Position numbers and translations under genes: made by a program. A DNA stretch of 64,000 nt from Thermoproteota archaeon (GTDB taxonomy: Archaea; Thermoproteota; Thermoprotei_A; EX4484-217-1): the NCBI GenBank assembly GCA_029258915.1, contig JAPDJU010000005.1, forward strand, positions 201,797 to 265,796, written 5' to 3'. Shown piece after piece: positions 48,507-59,354 of this stretch. Position 1 is the first letter of the stretch. The number at the start of each line of letters is the position of its first letter. The notes beneath the pieces are model-generated. The model did not search any database, was not told where the DNA came from, and saw only the letters and a list, made by a program, of their open reading frames with translations.

Positions 48507-49583
48507 ATGAGTAAATGGAAGGTTCTCTTCCTTTCAGCTAAATGGGATAAAATTAGAGTTCCAATATATGAGGCCTCAGCTAAAGGTAAACGCATACCTA
48601 TACTTAAAACTCTACTTACTAACTCATGTATTCACGAATGTAAATACTGCATGTTTAGAAGAGGCTACAACATTGAGAGGAGAACATGGAAGAAGGAAGA
48701 GTTAGTTAAAGTAACATTGCACCTTTGGAGAAAAGGCATCATTAAAGGTTTATTTCTCAGCAGCGGGGTAATGGGAGACCCCGAAACAACTTCTGAAAAA
48801 CAGGTAGAAGTAGCTGAAGAACTAAGAAAGAAAGGGTTTACAGGATACATACACCTAAGACTTATGCCCGGTACTTCTAAAGACCATGTTTGGAGGGCTT
48901 CTGTTGTAGCTGATAGAGTAGGTGTAAACCTTGAAACAACATCTGAAGATTACTTTAGCGAAATAGCTCCAGATAAAGGAGATTACGTTAATGATGTGCT
49001 AAAAAGATTAGAATGGCTTTCTAGAGCTCAAAAAATACTTTCAAGACAGAGGAAAAGTTTACACATAAACGTAGGTTATTTAAGATCAGGAATAGACAGC
49101 CAAGTTATGGTAGGTATAGTTAACGAAAACGACTTAGAACATTTAACACTTGTAGAAAAACTTTATAGAGAATGCAATTTGACACGAGTTTATTTCAGCC
49201 CTTTTGAGCCAATCATTAATACACCGTTTGAAAATAAAGCTCCGTGCTCCCTACATAGAGTTAAGAGGTTGTACCAAGCATCGTTCTTAATAAGGGACTA
49301 CGGATTTACAGTAAAAGAAATCAAGAGCATACTTAACAGTAGAAACATGCTGCCGGATCTTGATCCTAAAGTAGCATATGCTGAGGCAAACAAACATCTA
49401 TATCCTATAAATTTAAACTCTGCATCATTATCTGAAATTATTAGAGTTCCAGGAATAGGTTTGGTAACAGCTAATAAAATATTGGAAATAAGAAATACTA
49501 AAGGCAAAATAACAGTAAGCGATTTAACCAGGCTATTAGGTGCCTTACGGATGAAGCGTGTTTTAAAATATGTTTTATTTTAA
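48507..49583 (+). CDS. radical SAM protein with C-terminal helix-hairpin-helix (putative DNA repair/modification radical SAM)
   Basis: 358 aa. CIHECKYC (CxxxCxxC). The C-terminal HhH-like segment is LSEIIRVPGIGLVTANKILEIR. Confidence 0.7.
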   Translation: MSKWKVLFLSAKWDKIRVPIYEASAKGKRIPILKTLLTNSCIHECKYCMFRRGYNIERRTWKKEELVKVTLHLWRKGIIKGLFLSSGVMGDPETTSEKQVEVAEELRKKGFTGYIHLRLMPGTSKDHVWRASVVADRVGVNLETTSEDYFSEIAPDKGDYVNDVLKRLEWLSRAQKILSRQRKSLHINVGYLRSGIDSQVMVGIVNENDLEHLTLVEKLYRECNLTRVYFSPFEPIINTPFENKAPCSLHRVKRLYQASFLIRDYGFTVKEIKSILNSRNMLPDLDPKVAYAEANKHLYPINLNSASLSEIIRVPGIGLVTANKILEIRNTKGKITVSDLTRLLGALRMKRVLKYVLF

Positions 49584-49668
49584 TATTAATTACTATATAA
49601 AACCATGATTCTAAATACCAGTACTCTTAAAACTTAGTATAGTCTATACCGCAAATACGGGGTATTAA

Positions 49669-50277
49669 GTGTCAGTATTTAAGAAGTCGATGAAAGAAAT
49701 AGCCACATTCATAAGGAACTCTATAAAGTTAATTGATGATAAAGAAGTGGAGGGTATGTTGAAAGTACTTATTGAAGCATATAGAACTACAGATAAAAGA
49801 AAAATCCTTGTTATGGGTGCTGGACGTTCCGGACTTATTGGAAGGGCTTTTGCAATGAGGCTTATGCATTTAGGATATAACGCTTTTGTTCTTGGGGACA
49901 CTATTGTTCCTAGAATAGGAAAAGAAGATATTGTCATCGCTATCTCAGGTTCTGGAAGAACAAAGCTCATAATTACCGCAGCTGAAGCAGCTAAAGCTGT
50001 GGGTGCAACGTTAATAGCTTTAACGACTTACCCTGATTCGCCATTAGGAAAGCTTGCAGATGTTGTGGTAAGAATACCTGGAAGAACAAAAATAGCTAAA
50101 GAAGAAGATTATTTTGCAAGACAAATTCTCGGAATACATGAACCTCTAGCTCCTTTAGGAACGCTCTTTGAAGATACATGTATGGTGTTTCTTGATGCAT
50201 TAATTGTAGAACTTATGCATAGACTAGGTAAAAGAGAAGAAGAGATTAGGCTACGCCATGCGAATATTGAAATATGA
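49669..50277 (+). CDS. SIS-domain 6-phospho-3-hexuloisomerase-like
   Basis: 202 aa with [17 protein letters not shown] and IAISGSGRT. Confidence 0.7.
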   Translation: MSVFKKSMKEIATFIRNSIKLIDDKEVEGMLKVLIEAYRTTDKRKILVMGAGRSGLIGRAFAMRLMHLGYNAFVLGDTIVPRIGKEDIVIAISGSGRTKLIITAAEAAKAVGATLIALTTYPDSPLGKLADVVVRIPGRTKIAKEEDYFARQILGIHEPLAPLGTLFEDTCMVFLDALIVELMHRLGKREEEIRLRHANIEI

Positions 50278-51188
50278 GAGAACAAGGAATGTACGTTTTA
50301 AGAGAATTTGACCCTTGGAAAAATCCCTTATGCACATGCCCCCCTAAATACTCTCTACATCCATATACAGGTTGCAGTTTTAAGTGCATTTACTGTTATA
50401 CAACATCTTATATTAAAGCATCCCAAAGCACTCCTAAAAGAAATTTCATTAACAGGTTAATTAGAGACTTAAGAAAAGCTAATCCACAATATCCTATAAC
50501 AATAAGTAATAGCAGTGACCCTTATCCTCCAATAGAGTTAACATTAAAACTTACAAGAAGAACCCTTGAATTACTATTGCCAAGAGGATATAAAGTTCAA
50601 ATAATTACTAAGAGTATTCTCGTAGCAAGAGATGCCGACATTCTTTCAAAAAACAATGCTGCCGTAAGCCTAACCATAACAACATTAAAGGATAGTATAG
50701 CTAAAATTATAGAGCCCTATGCTCCTCTACCGCGCTTAAGGTTAAGGGCTATAGAGAAGCTTGTTAAAAATAAAATACCAGTAGCTGTAAGAGTTGATCC
50801 TTTAATTCCATACGTTAATGATGATCCATACGATATCTCTAAGTTAATTAAATTCTTAGCTAACTTGGGTGTTCAACATATTATTACATCAACATATAAG
50901 GTTAAACCGGACAATTTTAAAAGAGTATGCTCAGCATTACCAAATATTAGAGATAAGTTAAGAGAGCTTTACTATATGTGTGGAGAATATAAACATGGCT
51001 ATCGATATTTACCTAAAAAATTAAGGAGAGAGTTACTGAAGATTGTTATTGATGAAGCTAAAATCTATGGACTAACATGTTCAACATGTAGAGAGGGGTT
51101 CCCTGAATTCCAAAATGCTCCTACATGTGATGGAACACATTTAATCCCTGAAAGAATAAACACAAGCCTTGCAGGTGTTACTTTATGA
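50274..51188 (+). CDS. radical SAM protein, SplB-like (COG1533)
   Basis: 304 aa with CSFKCIYC (CxxxCxxC). Confidence 0.65.
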   Translation: MREQGMYVLREFDPWKNPLCTCPPKYSLHPYTGCSFKCIYCYTTSYIKASQSTPKRNFINRLIRDLRKANPQYPITISNSSDPYPPIELTLKLTRRTLELLLPRGYKVQIITKSILVARDADILSKNNAAVSLTITTLKDSIAKIIEPYAPLPRLRLRAIEKLVKNKIPVAVRVDPLIPYVNDDPYDISKLIKFLANLGVQHIITSTYKVKPDNFKRVCSALPNIRDKLRELYYMCGEYKHGYRYLPKKLRRELLKIVIDEAKIYGLTCSTCREGFPEFQNAPTCDGTHLIPERINTSLAGVTL

Positions 51189-51769
51189 TCAGAGTACTTG
51201 TAGGTACTAAAAATCCTTCGAAAATTAAAGGCGTAAGAAAAGCTTTCGAGAAAATGTTTAAAATAAAAGTAGCTATAGACTACATGCCTGTAATAACAAC
51301 AGTTCACCCGCAACCTATAGGCCTTAAAAATGTATTAAGAGGTGCTATTGAGAGAGCGGTAAGGGTTAAAGAAAAGGCTAAAGAAAAATACCATTACTAT
51401 GTGGGCGTAGAAGCTGGAATAGTACCAATACCGTGGACATCAACAGGTTATATGGACTTCCAGGTAGCAGCAATAGTTGATAATAAGGATACATTGTCTC
51501 TAGGGTTCGGCCCCGGGTTTGAGTTTCCAAGGGAAGTAGTGGAATATGTTGCTAGAGGACTGGGTGAAGCTGAAGATGTTATGGAGAAAATTTCAGGGAT
51601 AGAACATATAGGAGATAAGATGGGCGCCATAGGGTTCTTAACGCAAAACATAATTACACGAGATCTGCTATCAGAACTGGCTGTAATTATGGCATTAATA
51701 CCCAGGTTAAATATAGGACTATACGGTAAATTACCTAAAGTATATGAAGTCCTCAAAGAACTTAATTAG
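51185..51769 (+). CDS. inosine/xanthosine triphosphatase (YjjX/DUF84 family)
   Basis: 194 aa. The N-terminal VLVGTKNPSKIKGVRKAF matches the YjjX N-terminus. It overlaps the upstream stop. Confidence 0.65.
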   Translation: MIRVLVGTKNPSKIKGVRKAFEKMFKIKVAIDYMPVITTVHPQPIGLKNVLRGAIERAVRVKEKAKEKYHYYVGVEAGIVPIPWTSTGYMDFQVAAIVDNKDTLSLGFGPGFEFPREVVEYVARGLGEAEDVMEKISGIEHIGDKMGAIGFLTQNIITRDLLSELAVIMALIPRLNIGLYGKLPKVYEVLKELN

Positions 51770-51829
51770 TGAGAATGATTAATATTTAATTACAATATTA
51801 ATCATGATATTTTAGATCACGGTGTAACT

Positions 51830-52837
51830 ATGGAATTTAAAATCATGGACGGTGATGTTGTAAAACTCATAGATGATTCTCTATGGTTAGTATCATGGAA
51901 TATTCACGACATACCGTACAGTATTATAGCATTACCCTACTACGTAATCCGTAATGGTAAGAAAATAATAATAGAATCTATGCTAGATGCTTTAGAATAT
52001 GCTAAAGAAAAATACCCCTATTTAATGGAAGTTATTGAGTCATATGATAGAATTTTACCTAAAATACGTAGGAATATTGTTAAAAAGGTGTTTAGTGCGA
52101 GCAAGTACTTAACCGAAACACTACTAAGCAGTGACGAAGTAAGTAGGCTAATTAAGGAATTCGTCTTTATGATAGCTTCTGAAGCAGGAATAAGTGTTGA
52201 TTCTTTAGGCATAACTTTCATACCTGAAGAGTTAAAGTTTTTCAAACCTAAAGTTTACCTTATTGTTTATGATGAAAGCATAGGTTTAAAAGTTTATAAT
52301 GCTTTGAGAAGACTATTTTTCACTACAATGTTTTTTGAACATTTAAAAGGAGACTATGTACATTCAAAACTTAAAAACTATGGTATCTACGTTAAGGTTT
52401 TAACTAACACATTAAACTATTTATATTCTAGAAAGGTTCTTAGCGGAATATTTTATGGAAAACTAGAATACCATGTTAAGATTTTAAGAAATATTACCTA
52501 TAGTTTTGCAGAGTTTAAAGTGCAGAATCTAGGTAGAGTCGTTGTATTAGCTAAGGTCTTGAATGATAAGTATTCGCTGTTCACACCAGCAGAGTATGAT
52601 ATACAAGTTATAGATGTTGCTGAAGGGGATTTTAGAGCTAGGTTTGCAAGTAAGGTTGTAGCTTACAATGAAGGTTATAAGGAGCATTTATGGAAGGGGG
52701 CTTCTGTTCTAATTCAAGGTAGGCTTGAAAAAGTACAGAACATAGCTGAAGATGAAGAATATTACAGGATAACTGTCGGTTTTTCTAAAGACATACTTTT
52801 ACCCACTAGAAGGCTTTACACACCTTTAGAACCTTAA
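51830..52837 (+). CDS. hypothetical protein
   Basis: 335-aa ORF. Confidence 0.45.
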   Translation: MEFKIMDGDVVKLIDDSLWLVSWNIHDIPYSIIALPYYVIRNGKKIIIESMLDALEYAKEKYPYLMEVIESYDRILPKIRRNIVKKVFSASKYLTETLLSSDEVSRLIKEFVFMIASEAGISVDSLGITFIPEELKFFKPKVYLIVYDESIGLKVYNALRRLFFTTMFFEHLKGDYVHSKLKNYGIYVKVLTNTLNYLYSRKVLSGIFYGKLEYHVKILRNITYSFAEFKVQNLGRVVVLAKVLNDKYSLFTPAEYDIQVIDVAEGDFRARFASKVVAYNEGYKEHLWKGASVLIQGRLEKVQNIAEDEEYYRITVGFSKDILLPTRRLYTPLEP

Positions 52838-52923
52838 CCATTGTAGTGTTCTTTCTTAGTGCGTATTATATAGTATTCTTAAGAACACATATATAATCAA
52901 GCTTTTCCTAGCTAGTCCCGGGT

Positions 52924-54177
52924 ATGCATATGGCAGAGAATCCTTATGAAATGGCAATTAAACAGTTGAAAAAAGCTATAGATATTCTTGGATACGATGA
53001 AACAGTATTAGATATTCTTAAAGTTCCTCAAAGAATTCTTGAAGTTAGTATTCCAGTGCGTATGGACGATGGCAAGGTTAAAGTATTCAAGGGATATAGA
53101 GTTCAACATAATAACGCCTTAGGACCGTATAAGGGTGGTGTAAGGTATCATCCAGATGTTACTAAAGACGAAGTTATAGCTTTAGCTATGTGGATGACTT
53201 GGAAATGTAGTGTTGCAGGTTTACCTTACGGTGGAGCTAAAGGAGGTGTTATAGTTGATCCTAGAAAGCTCTCTCTAAGGGAATTAGAGGAACTTTCTAG
53301 GGGCTATATTAGAGCTATAGCGCCAATAATAGGCCCTTATAAAGACATTCCGGCACCTGATGTTTACACTAACCCTCAGGTCATGGCTTGGTACATGGAC
53401 GAGTACAGTAAGTTGAGGGGATATAATGTCCCAGGAGTTGTCACAGCTAAACCCGTAGAACTATGGGGTTCTCATGGTAGAGAAGAAGCAACAGGATACG
53501 GTGTTGCAATAGCCGCTAGGGTAGCTTCTAGAAAATATGGCTTACCATTCGAAGGAGCAAGAGTAGCTATACAGGGATATGGTAATGTAGGCTACTCTTC
53601 CGCACTATTCATACACCGGTGGGGGGCTAAAGTTGTTGCAGTAAGTGATAGTAAAGGCGGAATATACAATCCTCAAGGATTAGACCCTATAAAAGTAAAG
53701 GAATTTAAGAATAGAACAGGTACTGTTGTAGGCTATCCTGATGCGAAAAAAGATATCTCCAATGAACAATTACTAACACTTGAAGATATAGATATTCTTA
53801 TACCAGCAGCTATAGAGAACGTAATAACCTCTGAAAACGCAGCTAAAGTTCATGCAAAAATAGTAATTGAAGGAGCTAATGGTCCTGTTACCCCCGAAGC
53901 TGACGAAATATTATTTAAGAAGGGTATAATTGTAGTACCCGATATTATAGCTAATGCTGGCGGTGTAATAGTTTCATATTATGAATGGGTTCAAAACCTT
54001 CAAGGAATACAATGGGATCTTGAGAAAGTACATAAAATGCTTGAGGACAAGATGATTCCAGCATTAGACAGAATATATAAGAAACACTATAGTTTAAACG
54101 TAGATTTAAGAACAGCAGCCTATGCTTTAGCTGTAGAAAGAGTAGTTAGAGCAATGAAGCTTAGAGGTTGGTTATAA
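52924..54177 (+). CDS. gdhA: glutamate dehydrogenase
   Basis: 417 aa with the GDH active-site region [11 protein letters not shown] and GGAKGG. Confidence 0.9.
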   Translation: MHMAENPYEMAIKQLKKAIDILGYDETVLDILKVPQRILEVSIPVRMDDGKVKVFKGYRVQHNNALGPYKGGVRYHPDVTKDEVIALAMWMTWKCSVAGLPYGGAKGGVIVDPRKLSLRELEELSRGYIRAIAPIIGPYKDIPAPDVYTNPQVMAWYMDEYSKLRGYNVPGVVTAKPVELWGSHGREEATGYGVAIAARVASRKYGLPFEGARVAIQGYGNVGYSSALFIHRWGAKVVAVSDSKGGIYNPQGLDPIKVKEFKNRTGTVVGYPDAKKDISNEQLLTLEDIDILIPAAIENVITSENAAKVHAKIVIEGANGPVTPEADEILFKKGIIVVPDIIANAGGVIVSYYEWVQNLQGIQWDLEKVHKMLEDKMIPALDRIYKKHYSLNVDLRTAAYALAVERVVRAMKLRGWL

Positions 54178-54180
54178 TAC

Positions 54181-54594
54181 ATGAAATTCTATGTTAAAGA
54201 AATAACTTTAAGAACTACTTCAAAATATCAGCTAATAGACGTAACATCTAGTGTTGAAGGTATTGTAAGAGAAAGCGGGATAAGAAACGGTTTATGCTTA
54301 GTTTTCGCTCCTCATGCTACCGCAGCTATTATAGCTAATGAGCATGAATACGGGCTCATGAATGACATAGTTAATAAAATTAAAAGTGATTTCCCTGAGA
54401 ATGGAAAGTGGCAACATAACCTAATAGACAATAATGCACATGCACATTTGGCTTCAGCTTTTATAGGCGCTAGTAGGGTATTTCCGGTAATTAATGGAAA
54501 ACTTATTAGAGGTACATGGCAGAACATTTTCCTCGTAGAAATGGATGGCCCTAGAAGCTATCGCAGAATATTAGTTGAGGTATTAGGAGAATAA
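54181..54594 (+). CDS. YjbQ/UPF0047 family protein
   Basis: 137 aa with GLCLVFAPHATAAI...NAHAHL. Confidence 0.7.
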   Translation: MKFYVKEITLRTTSKYQLIDVTSSVEGIVRESGIRNGLCLVFAPHATAAIIANEHEYGLMNDIVNKIKSDFPENGKWQHNLIDNNAHAHLASAFIGASRVFPVINGKLIRGTWQNIFLVEMDGPRSYRRILVEVLGE

Positions 54595-54698
54595 AGAATA
54601 TAATTTATTTCACTAAGGAAGCTTTAGATCTAGGTATTTTTGTAGGTGTAGGTATAGTTGAGAGTGTTATTGTTAAGAAACATTCTGCGGAAGTAAAA

Positions 54699-55268
54699 GT
54701 GCTAGTAAAGCAGATATGTGATATAATAAAGAGAAAGTATGTTTTAGAGACGTTAAGAGAGAACCCCATAATTAAAGCTTATAGAAGATTCTTTTGGAAA
54801 ATAGGCATAGATCCTACAAAAACTAGACCTAGCAGTGAAGCCCTTATACGAAGAGTTCTTAGAGGCAAAAATATTCCATCAATAAGCAACGTTGTTGATG
54901 TAAGTAATGCTGTAAGCATGGAGTCTCTAATCTCCATAGGCATATATGACATAGACAAAGTAAAGGGTAAGATAACATTTAGACTAAGCTTTAAAGGTGA
55001 GATTTTTAAACCTATAGGAGGACACGTAGAAGTTTTGAAAGAAGGAATACCTGTTCTAGCAGATGAAGAAAAAATACTGCATCTTTACCCGCATAGAGAT
55101 AGTATAGATACCATGGTTACTGAAAACACTAAAAACGTTCTTGTGATATCTGCTGGTGTTCCCGGAATTTCAAAAGAGAGAGTATGTTATGCGGTTAAGA
55201 GGACGTGTGAATTACTAAGTAAATATGCTGACGGCTGTGTTAAAGTTTTAAATATACTGCCATCATAG
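54699..55268 (+). CDS. B3/B4 tRNA-binding-domain protein (COG3382-like)
   Basis: 189 aa. The region around AYRRFFWKIGIDPTKTRPSSEALIRRVLRGK resembles the B3/4 domain. Confidence 0.5.
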   Translation: MLVKQICDIIKRKYVLETLRENPIIKAYRRFFWKIGIDPTKTRPSSEALIRRVLRGKNIPSISNVVDVSNAVSMESLISIGIYDIDKVKGKITFRLSFKGEIFKPIGGHVEVLKEGIPVLADEEKILHLYPHRDSIDTMVTENTKNVLVISAGVPGISKERVCYAVKRTCELLSKYADGCVKVLNILPS

Positions 55269-55272
55269 TTAA

Positions 55273-56328
55273 GTGTATAATAACGGTTTATTAGACATGA
55301 AAACTATACAGGGTAGGTTCTTAATTAGAGTAGGTGTCGATATAGATGTACCTCTTGTAGGCTCTATAGCCTTCGGCTTAATAGATAGAGGAACCAATGT
55401 TATACAGGTAAGACCGGTAAGTTTTTGCAATCTATGCTGCATAATGTGCTCCACAGATGCTGGTCCTTGTTCTAAATGGAGGCAAGCAGAATATTGGATA
55501 GACTTAGACCTTATTGTAGAGTGGTTTAAGGGTATTGTTAAGTTTAAGGGAAGCAAGCATATAGAAGCACACATAGATACTGTTGGAGAACCCACACTTT
55601 ATTCTAGGCTTATAGACCTTATTCAAGAGCTGAAGAGTATTAGCGGGGTAGAGGTTGTAAGCGTGCAAACTCATGGTCAAAACCTGTCAGTAGATAAGGT
55701 GGAGGAGCTTGAGGATGCTGGTCTTGATAGAATAAACTTAAGTGTGGACGCATTAAACCCGGAACTAGCTCACTATATTCAAGGAGCAAAATGGTATAAT
55801 GTTGAGAAGGTTATTAGCGTTGCAGAGTACTTGGTTCAGAATACTAAAATAGATCTACATATAGCACCAATACTGTTGAAAGGTATAAATGATGAAGAAA
55901 TACCTAAAATAATTAAGTGGGCTTTAAAAATAGGTGCAGGGAAAAGGTGGCCTCCTCTCGGAATACAAAAGTATGTTCCTCATAAGCATGGGCGTAAACC
56001 TAAGAATATAAAGGTTATGAACTGGAGTGAATTTTGGGCATATTTGAAAAACTTAGAAAGAAGATTTAACATAAAGCTTATTCCATCAATGGAAGACTTC
56101 GGCATTAAGAGGATGAACATTTTACCTGCGCCATTTAAGGTAGGAGAGAAAGTTAAGGTTAAGGTTGTAGCTCCAGGGTGGTTAAAGTCTGAGAAATTAG
56201 CTGTTGATATGAAGTGTTTAAGAACAATAACCATTATCAGAGCTGACCATATTCCACTAGGCAGCAAGGTTAATGTAAGGATAATTAGGAACAAACATAA
56301 TATCTATATCGCTGAACCTTTAGTTTAA
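55273..56328 (+). CDS. radical SAM protein with C-terminal TRAM-like beta domain
   Basis: 351 aa with CNLCCIMC (C-x3-C-x2-C). Confidence 0.65.
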   Translation: MYNNGLLDMKTIQGRFLIRVGVDIDVPLVGSIAFGLIDRGTNVIQVRPVSFCNLCCIMCSTDAGPCSKWRQAEYWIDLDLIVEWFKGIVKFKGSKHIEAHIDTVGEPTLYSRLIDLIQELKSISGVEVVSVQTHGQNLSVDKVEELEDAGLDRINLSVDALNPELAHYIQGAKWYNVEKVISVAEYLVQNTKIDLHIAPILLKGINDEEIPKIIKWALKIGAGKRWPPLGIQKYVPHKHGRKPKNIKVMNWSEFWAYLKNLERRFNIKLIPSMEDFGIKRMNILPAPFKVGEKVKVKVVAPGWLKSEKLAVDMKCLRTITIIRADHIPLGSKVNVRIIRNKHNIYIAEPLV

Positions 56329-56537
56329 GCTAAAGCAGCTTCCTTAAACACAGGGCTTCTCTTTATAGGGTTAAGGAAGTCAATTATGGGGTCTATCGTT
56401 ATTAAGCTCTCGTTAATATGTTCTTTAGAGCTAATTTTCTCTTTCAACCTAAACACCATAGTTACTACTTCAGCAAAGAATTCTTTAAAAACGTATTCTC
56501 TTAGTATCACTTATGAAATTAGGGGTTATTAGAGAAT

Positions 56538-56975
56538 ATGAGGTTAAGTAAAGTATCTAATGGAACAGTAGTCGTAGCGGATTTAGATAAGTTTGAAAAA
56601 ATAACTGAAGAGAAAGGTTTTGATAGATATAAACCTAACGTAATTACAGGAACGCTAACGCAGCTTATAGAGAACTTTACCAGAAAATGGCAAGCACATG
56701 TTCTTTACGGACTTGACTATGAAAGAGGAACAGAGGAAACAGTTATACTGATACCAATGGTGAAACCTGAGGAAGTTATTGAAGATCTTGAAAATATAAG
56801 GAGAAATATAGAAAAACTAGGTGCTACATTAAGCATAGGAGTATCATATGGTCCCTTAGACGTTATTAAAGCTAGAAATAGAAGAGAAGCATATTCTGGG
56901 TTAACTGTTAAAAGAGCTTTGAAAGCACTAAGAGAGGCAAAGAGAAAAGGAGGAAATAAGATAATTATAATGTAA
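56538..56975 (+). CDS. minimal GGDEF-like (nucleotidyl-cyclase palm) domain protein with degenerate GTEET signature
   Basis: 145 aa. ADLDKFEKITEEKGFD aligns with GGDEF DIDxFKxINDxxGH. YERGTEETVILIP aligns with RYGGEEFVVIMP. TLSIGVS and AKRKGGNKII align with the GGDEF C-terminal ISIGVS and AKxxGRNxV. Confidence 0.55.
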   Translation: MRLSKVSNGTVVVADLDKFEKITEEKGFDRYKPNVITGTLTQLIENFTRKWQAHVLYGLDYERGTEETVILIPMVKPEEVIEDLENIRRNIEKLGATLSIGVSYGPLDVIKARNRREAYSGLTVKRALKALREAKRKGGNKIIIM

Positions 56976-56985
56976 GTGGTATTCT

Positions 56986-57624
56986 ATGGCTGAGCTCTCA
57001 GAAATAATAGGCTATGCTGTAAAACCGAGAAAAGGAGTCTTACCGTCATTTAAACCACACCACGTATTAAAAGCTCTTATTATGCTATACAATAAAGGAC
57101 CCTTAGGTAGGAAGGCTTTATCTAGAGAACTAAAGATAGGTGAAGCAAGCATCAGAACCCTGATTTCAAGGTTAAAGGAGAAGAAGCTTGTAGATGTAAG
57201 TTTAGCAGGGGGCGCTTATCTTACAGAACATGGCTTAAGTATTATGAGAAACATTGTGAAAAAGCTTGTTTACCTAAAGCCTATTAACACGAAGGAACTT
57301 AGTTTCCTTAAACTTGCACAATACGCCCACATAGCTCTTATTAGGGGGGGATGCAAGGTTAAACCTAGAGTTGTTAAGCTTAGAGATAAATTAGTAAGGT
57401 ATGGTGCTGAAGCAGCACTCATTATGTGTGTTGAAGATGGTAAACTAGTATTAGAACCGAGTAGGGCTGGGAGAATATATGAAAACATTTCCTCAGAGCT
57501 AAAGGTTATAGAGAAAAACCTAGCAAACATGCAAAACAACGACTTAGTAATTATTTCATACAGCAATACGCCGGAATTATGTGAGCAATCATTACTAATG
57601 TTTATAATAGACTTTTTAGGGTAG
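56986..57624 (+). CDS. winged-helix (MarR-like) protein with uncharacterised C-terminal domain
   Basis: 212 aa. VLKALIMLYNKGPLGRKALSRELKIGEASIRTLISRLKEKKLVD is a wHTH. Confidence 0.5.
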   Translation: MAELSEIIGYAVKPRKGVLPSFKPHHVLKALIMLYNKGPLGRKALSRELKIGEASIRTLISRLKEKKLVDVSLAGGAYLTEHGLSIMRNIVKKLVYLKPINTKELSFLKLAQYAHIALIRGGCKVKPRVVKLRDKLVRYGAEAALIMCVEDGKLVLEPSRAGRIYENISSELKVIEKNLANMQNNDLVIISYSNTPELCEQSLLMFIIDFLG

Positions 57625-57630
57625 TACTTC

Positions 57631-58449
57631 ATGGTGCTCATTTATAGAAGAGAATTAACGGTAACATATCATGGGGGGTTCATGAGCTATAAAATACCTA
57701 TAATAGAAGTTTATGGCAAGGAAAAACCATGTATACTTATAGCATTAAATCTTTCAAAAGTGTACGGTAAACCAACCATCATAGAAGACCTATGGTACAT
57801 TATCAGAAAACTAAGAAGCGAGGAAATAGCTGGAAAAATAACATTCGCATATATAACAAGGAAATTTAAACAACATACACTGGATAACGTGCTAAACTTT
57901 AGTAACTACGATGCTATAGTAGAGGTTTTATTTCTTGGAAGATCATACCCTTACTTGATAAGTTTCACATATGGTGAAAAGCGCAACTTCGGAATATCTA
58001 AACTATGGATAAGCAGGGAATCCGAAGAATTTCTAAAGAAAACATCGATACTTGCCAGTAAGGATAATATAACACACATAGTCTATGTGGCTTCCTCATC
58101 TATTAAAGTGGATGAGAAAAACAGCGGCGAGCTTAATTATAATGCACTTATGAATATATTTAAAGCTTATAACCTAATACCAGGAAGTTTAGATAATCTC
58201 AAGCTTATCGATGAAAGATTTAGAGAGGTAAAGATATTGACTTCAAGTTCTAAGGGTGGAATACTACTGCTTAAAAACAATGTAGGGCAAAAAATAAACA
58301 AAGGTGCTTTAATATATGAGATAAAAAATGTTTTCGGTGAATTAGTGGATTCCATGGTGTTTAGCGGGAAGGGAGGAATTATTATTTCCTGTACAGAAAA
58401 AATGTTTGTGAAACCTTATGACTATGTAGTATCCATAGCCACCGTTTAA
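57631..58449 (+). CDS. hypothetical protein
   Basis: 272-aa ORF. It is the third gene of a tightly spaced operon. Confidence 0.45.
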   Translation: MVLIYRRELTVTYHGGFMSYKIPIIEVYGKEKPCILIALNLSKVYGKPTIIEDLWYIIRKLRSEEIAGKITFAYITRKFKQHTLDNVLNFSNYDAIVEVLFLGRSYPYLISFTYGEKRNFGISKLWISRESEEFLKKTSILASKDNITHIVYVASSSIKVDEKNSGELNYNALMNIFKAYNLIPGSLDNLKLIDERFREVKILTSSSKGGILLLKNNVGQKINKGALIYEIKNVFGELVDSMVFSGKGGIIISCTEKMFVKPYDYVVSIATV

Positions 58450-58455
58450 CTGAGG

Positions 58456-58992
58456 CTAAATGGTTTTCTGTTTCTTAAATCTTTCAATAGCTTCAACTAT
58501 TTTCCTTTTAGCTTCATCAGGTCCTTTCCATTCCCTAATTTTAACCCATTTTCCAGGCTCTAGTTCTTTATAATGTTCAAAGAAGTGCTTTATCTTATTC
58601 TTCAACGCATCTGGTAAGTCTTGGATAGAATTTATGTTCTCCCATCTTGGGTCGATTTTTGTCTTAGGTACGGCAATAACCTTGCTATCCGGGCCTTCTT
58701 CGTCTTCCATTATTAGAAGACCTATAGGCTTAGCTGGAATTATTGTTCCTGGATGAACAGGTTCATACCCTAGAACCAACACGTCCACAGGATCTCCATC
58801 CTCTTCTAAAGTAGATGGTATGAAACCGTAGTTAAACGGGTAAACCATTGATGTATAAAGTATTCTATCTATAAATATCATGCCTGTTTCTTTGTCTATC
58901 TCATATTTTATATTAGAGTTCATGGGTATTTCTACAACAACATATATGTCCTCTGGAGGATTTTTACCGGGAGGAATTTTCTTAAGTGACAT
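58456..58992 (-). CDS. ppa: inorganic pyrophosphatase
   Basis: 178 aa with the family I PPase motifs ([22 protein letters not shown]). Confidence 0.9.
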   Translation of the reverse strand: MSLKKIPPGKNPPEDIYVVVEIPMNSNIKYEIDKETGMIFIDRILYTSMVYPFNYGFIPSTLEEDGDPVDVLVLGYEPVHPGTIIPAKPIGLLIMEDEEGPDSKVIAVPKTKIDPRWENINSIQDLPDALKNKIKHFFEHYKELEPGKWVKIREWKGPDEAKRKIVEAIERFKKQKTI

Positions 58993-59081
58993 GTCCCCTT
59001 ACCAGATATTAGTTTAAATACTGGTTTCTTTAAATTATTCGTTAGCTAAATCACAGTAGTGCACCATTATGGATGTTCTAA

Positions 59082-59354
59082 ATGTTAAAATTTGAAGTAA
59101 TAGTTGATTGGGATAAATGTAGAGCTTCAAAAGTTTGCGTTAACTTATGCCCAACTTACGTATTCTCGCTAAGAAAAATTCGCTGGAAGAACTCAGAGAA
59201 AACAGTTAGCGTTGTTGTTAACCCTAATAACTGCATAGGATGCATGGGCTGTGTCAGCTTATGTTCATCAAATGCTATTACAGTGAAACCGAAGAATTTG
59301 GAAATAGTTAGGGTTATTAAACAGAGCAAGGCAATTACTGAATTCTTTTCCTAG
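59082..59354 (+). CDS. 4Fe-4S ferredoxin-domain protein
   Basis: 90 aa with C-x5-C-x3-CP and CIGCMGCVSLC (CxxCxxCxxxC). Confidence 0.6.
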   Translation: MLKFEVIVDWDKCRASKVCVNLCPTYVFSLRKIRWKNSEKTVSVVVNPNNCIGCMGCVSLCSSNAITVKPKNLEIVRVIKQSKAITEFFS

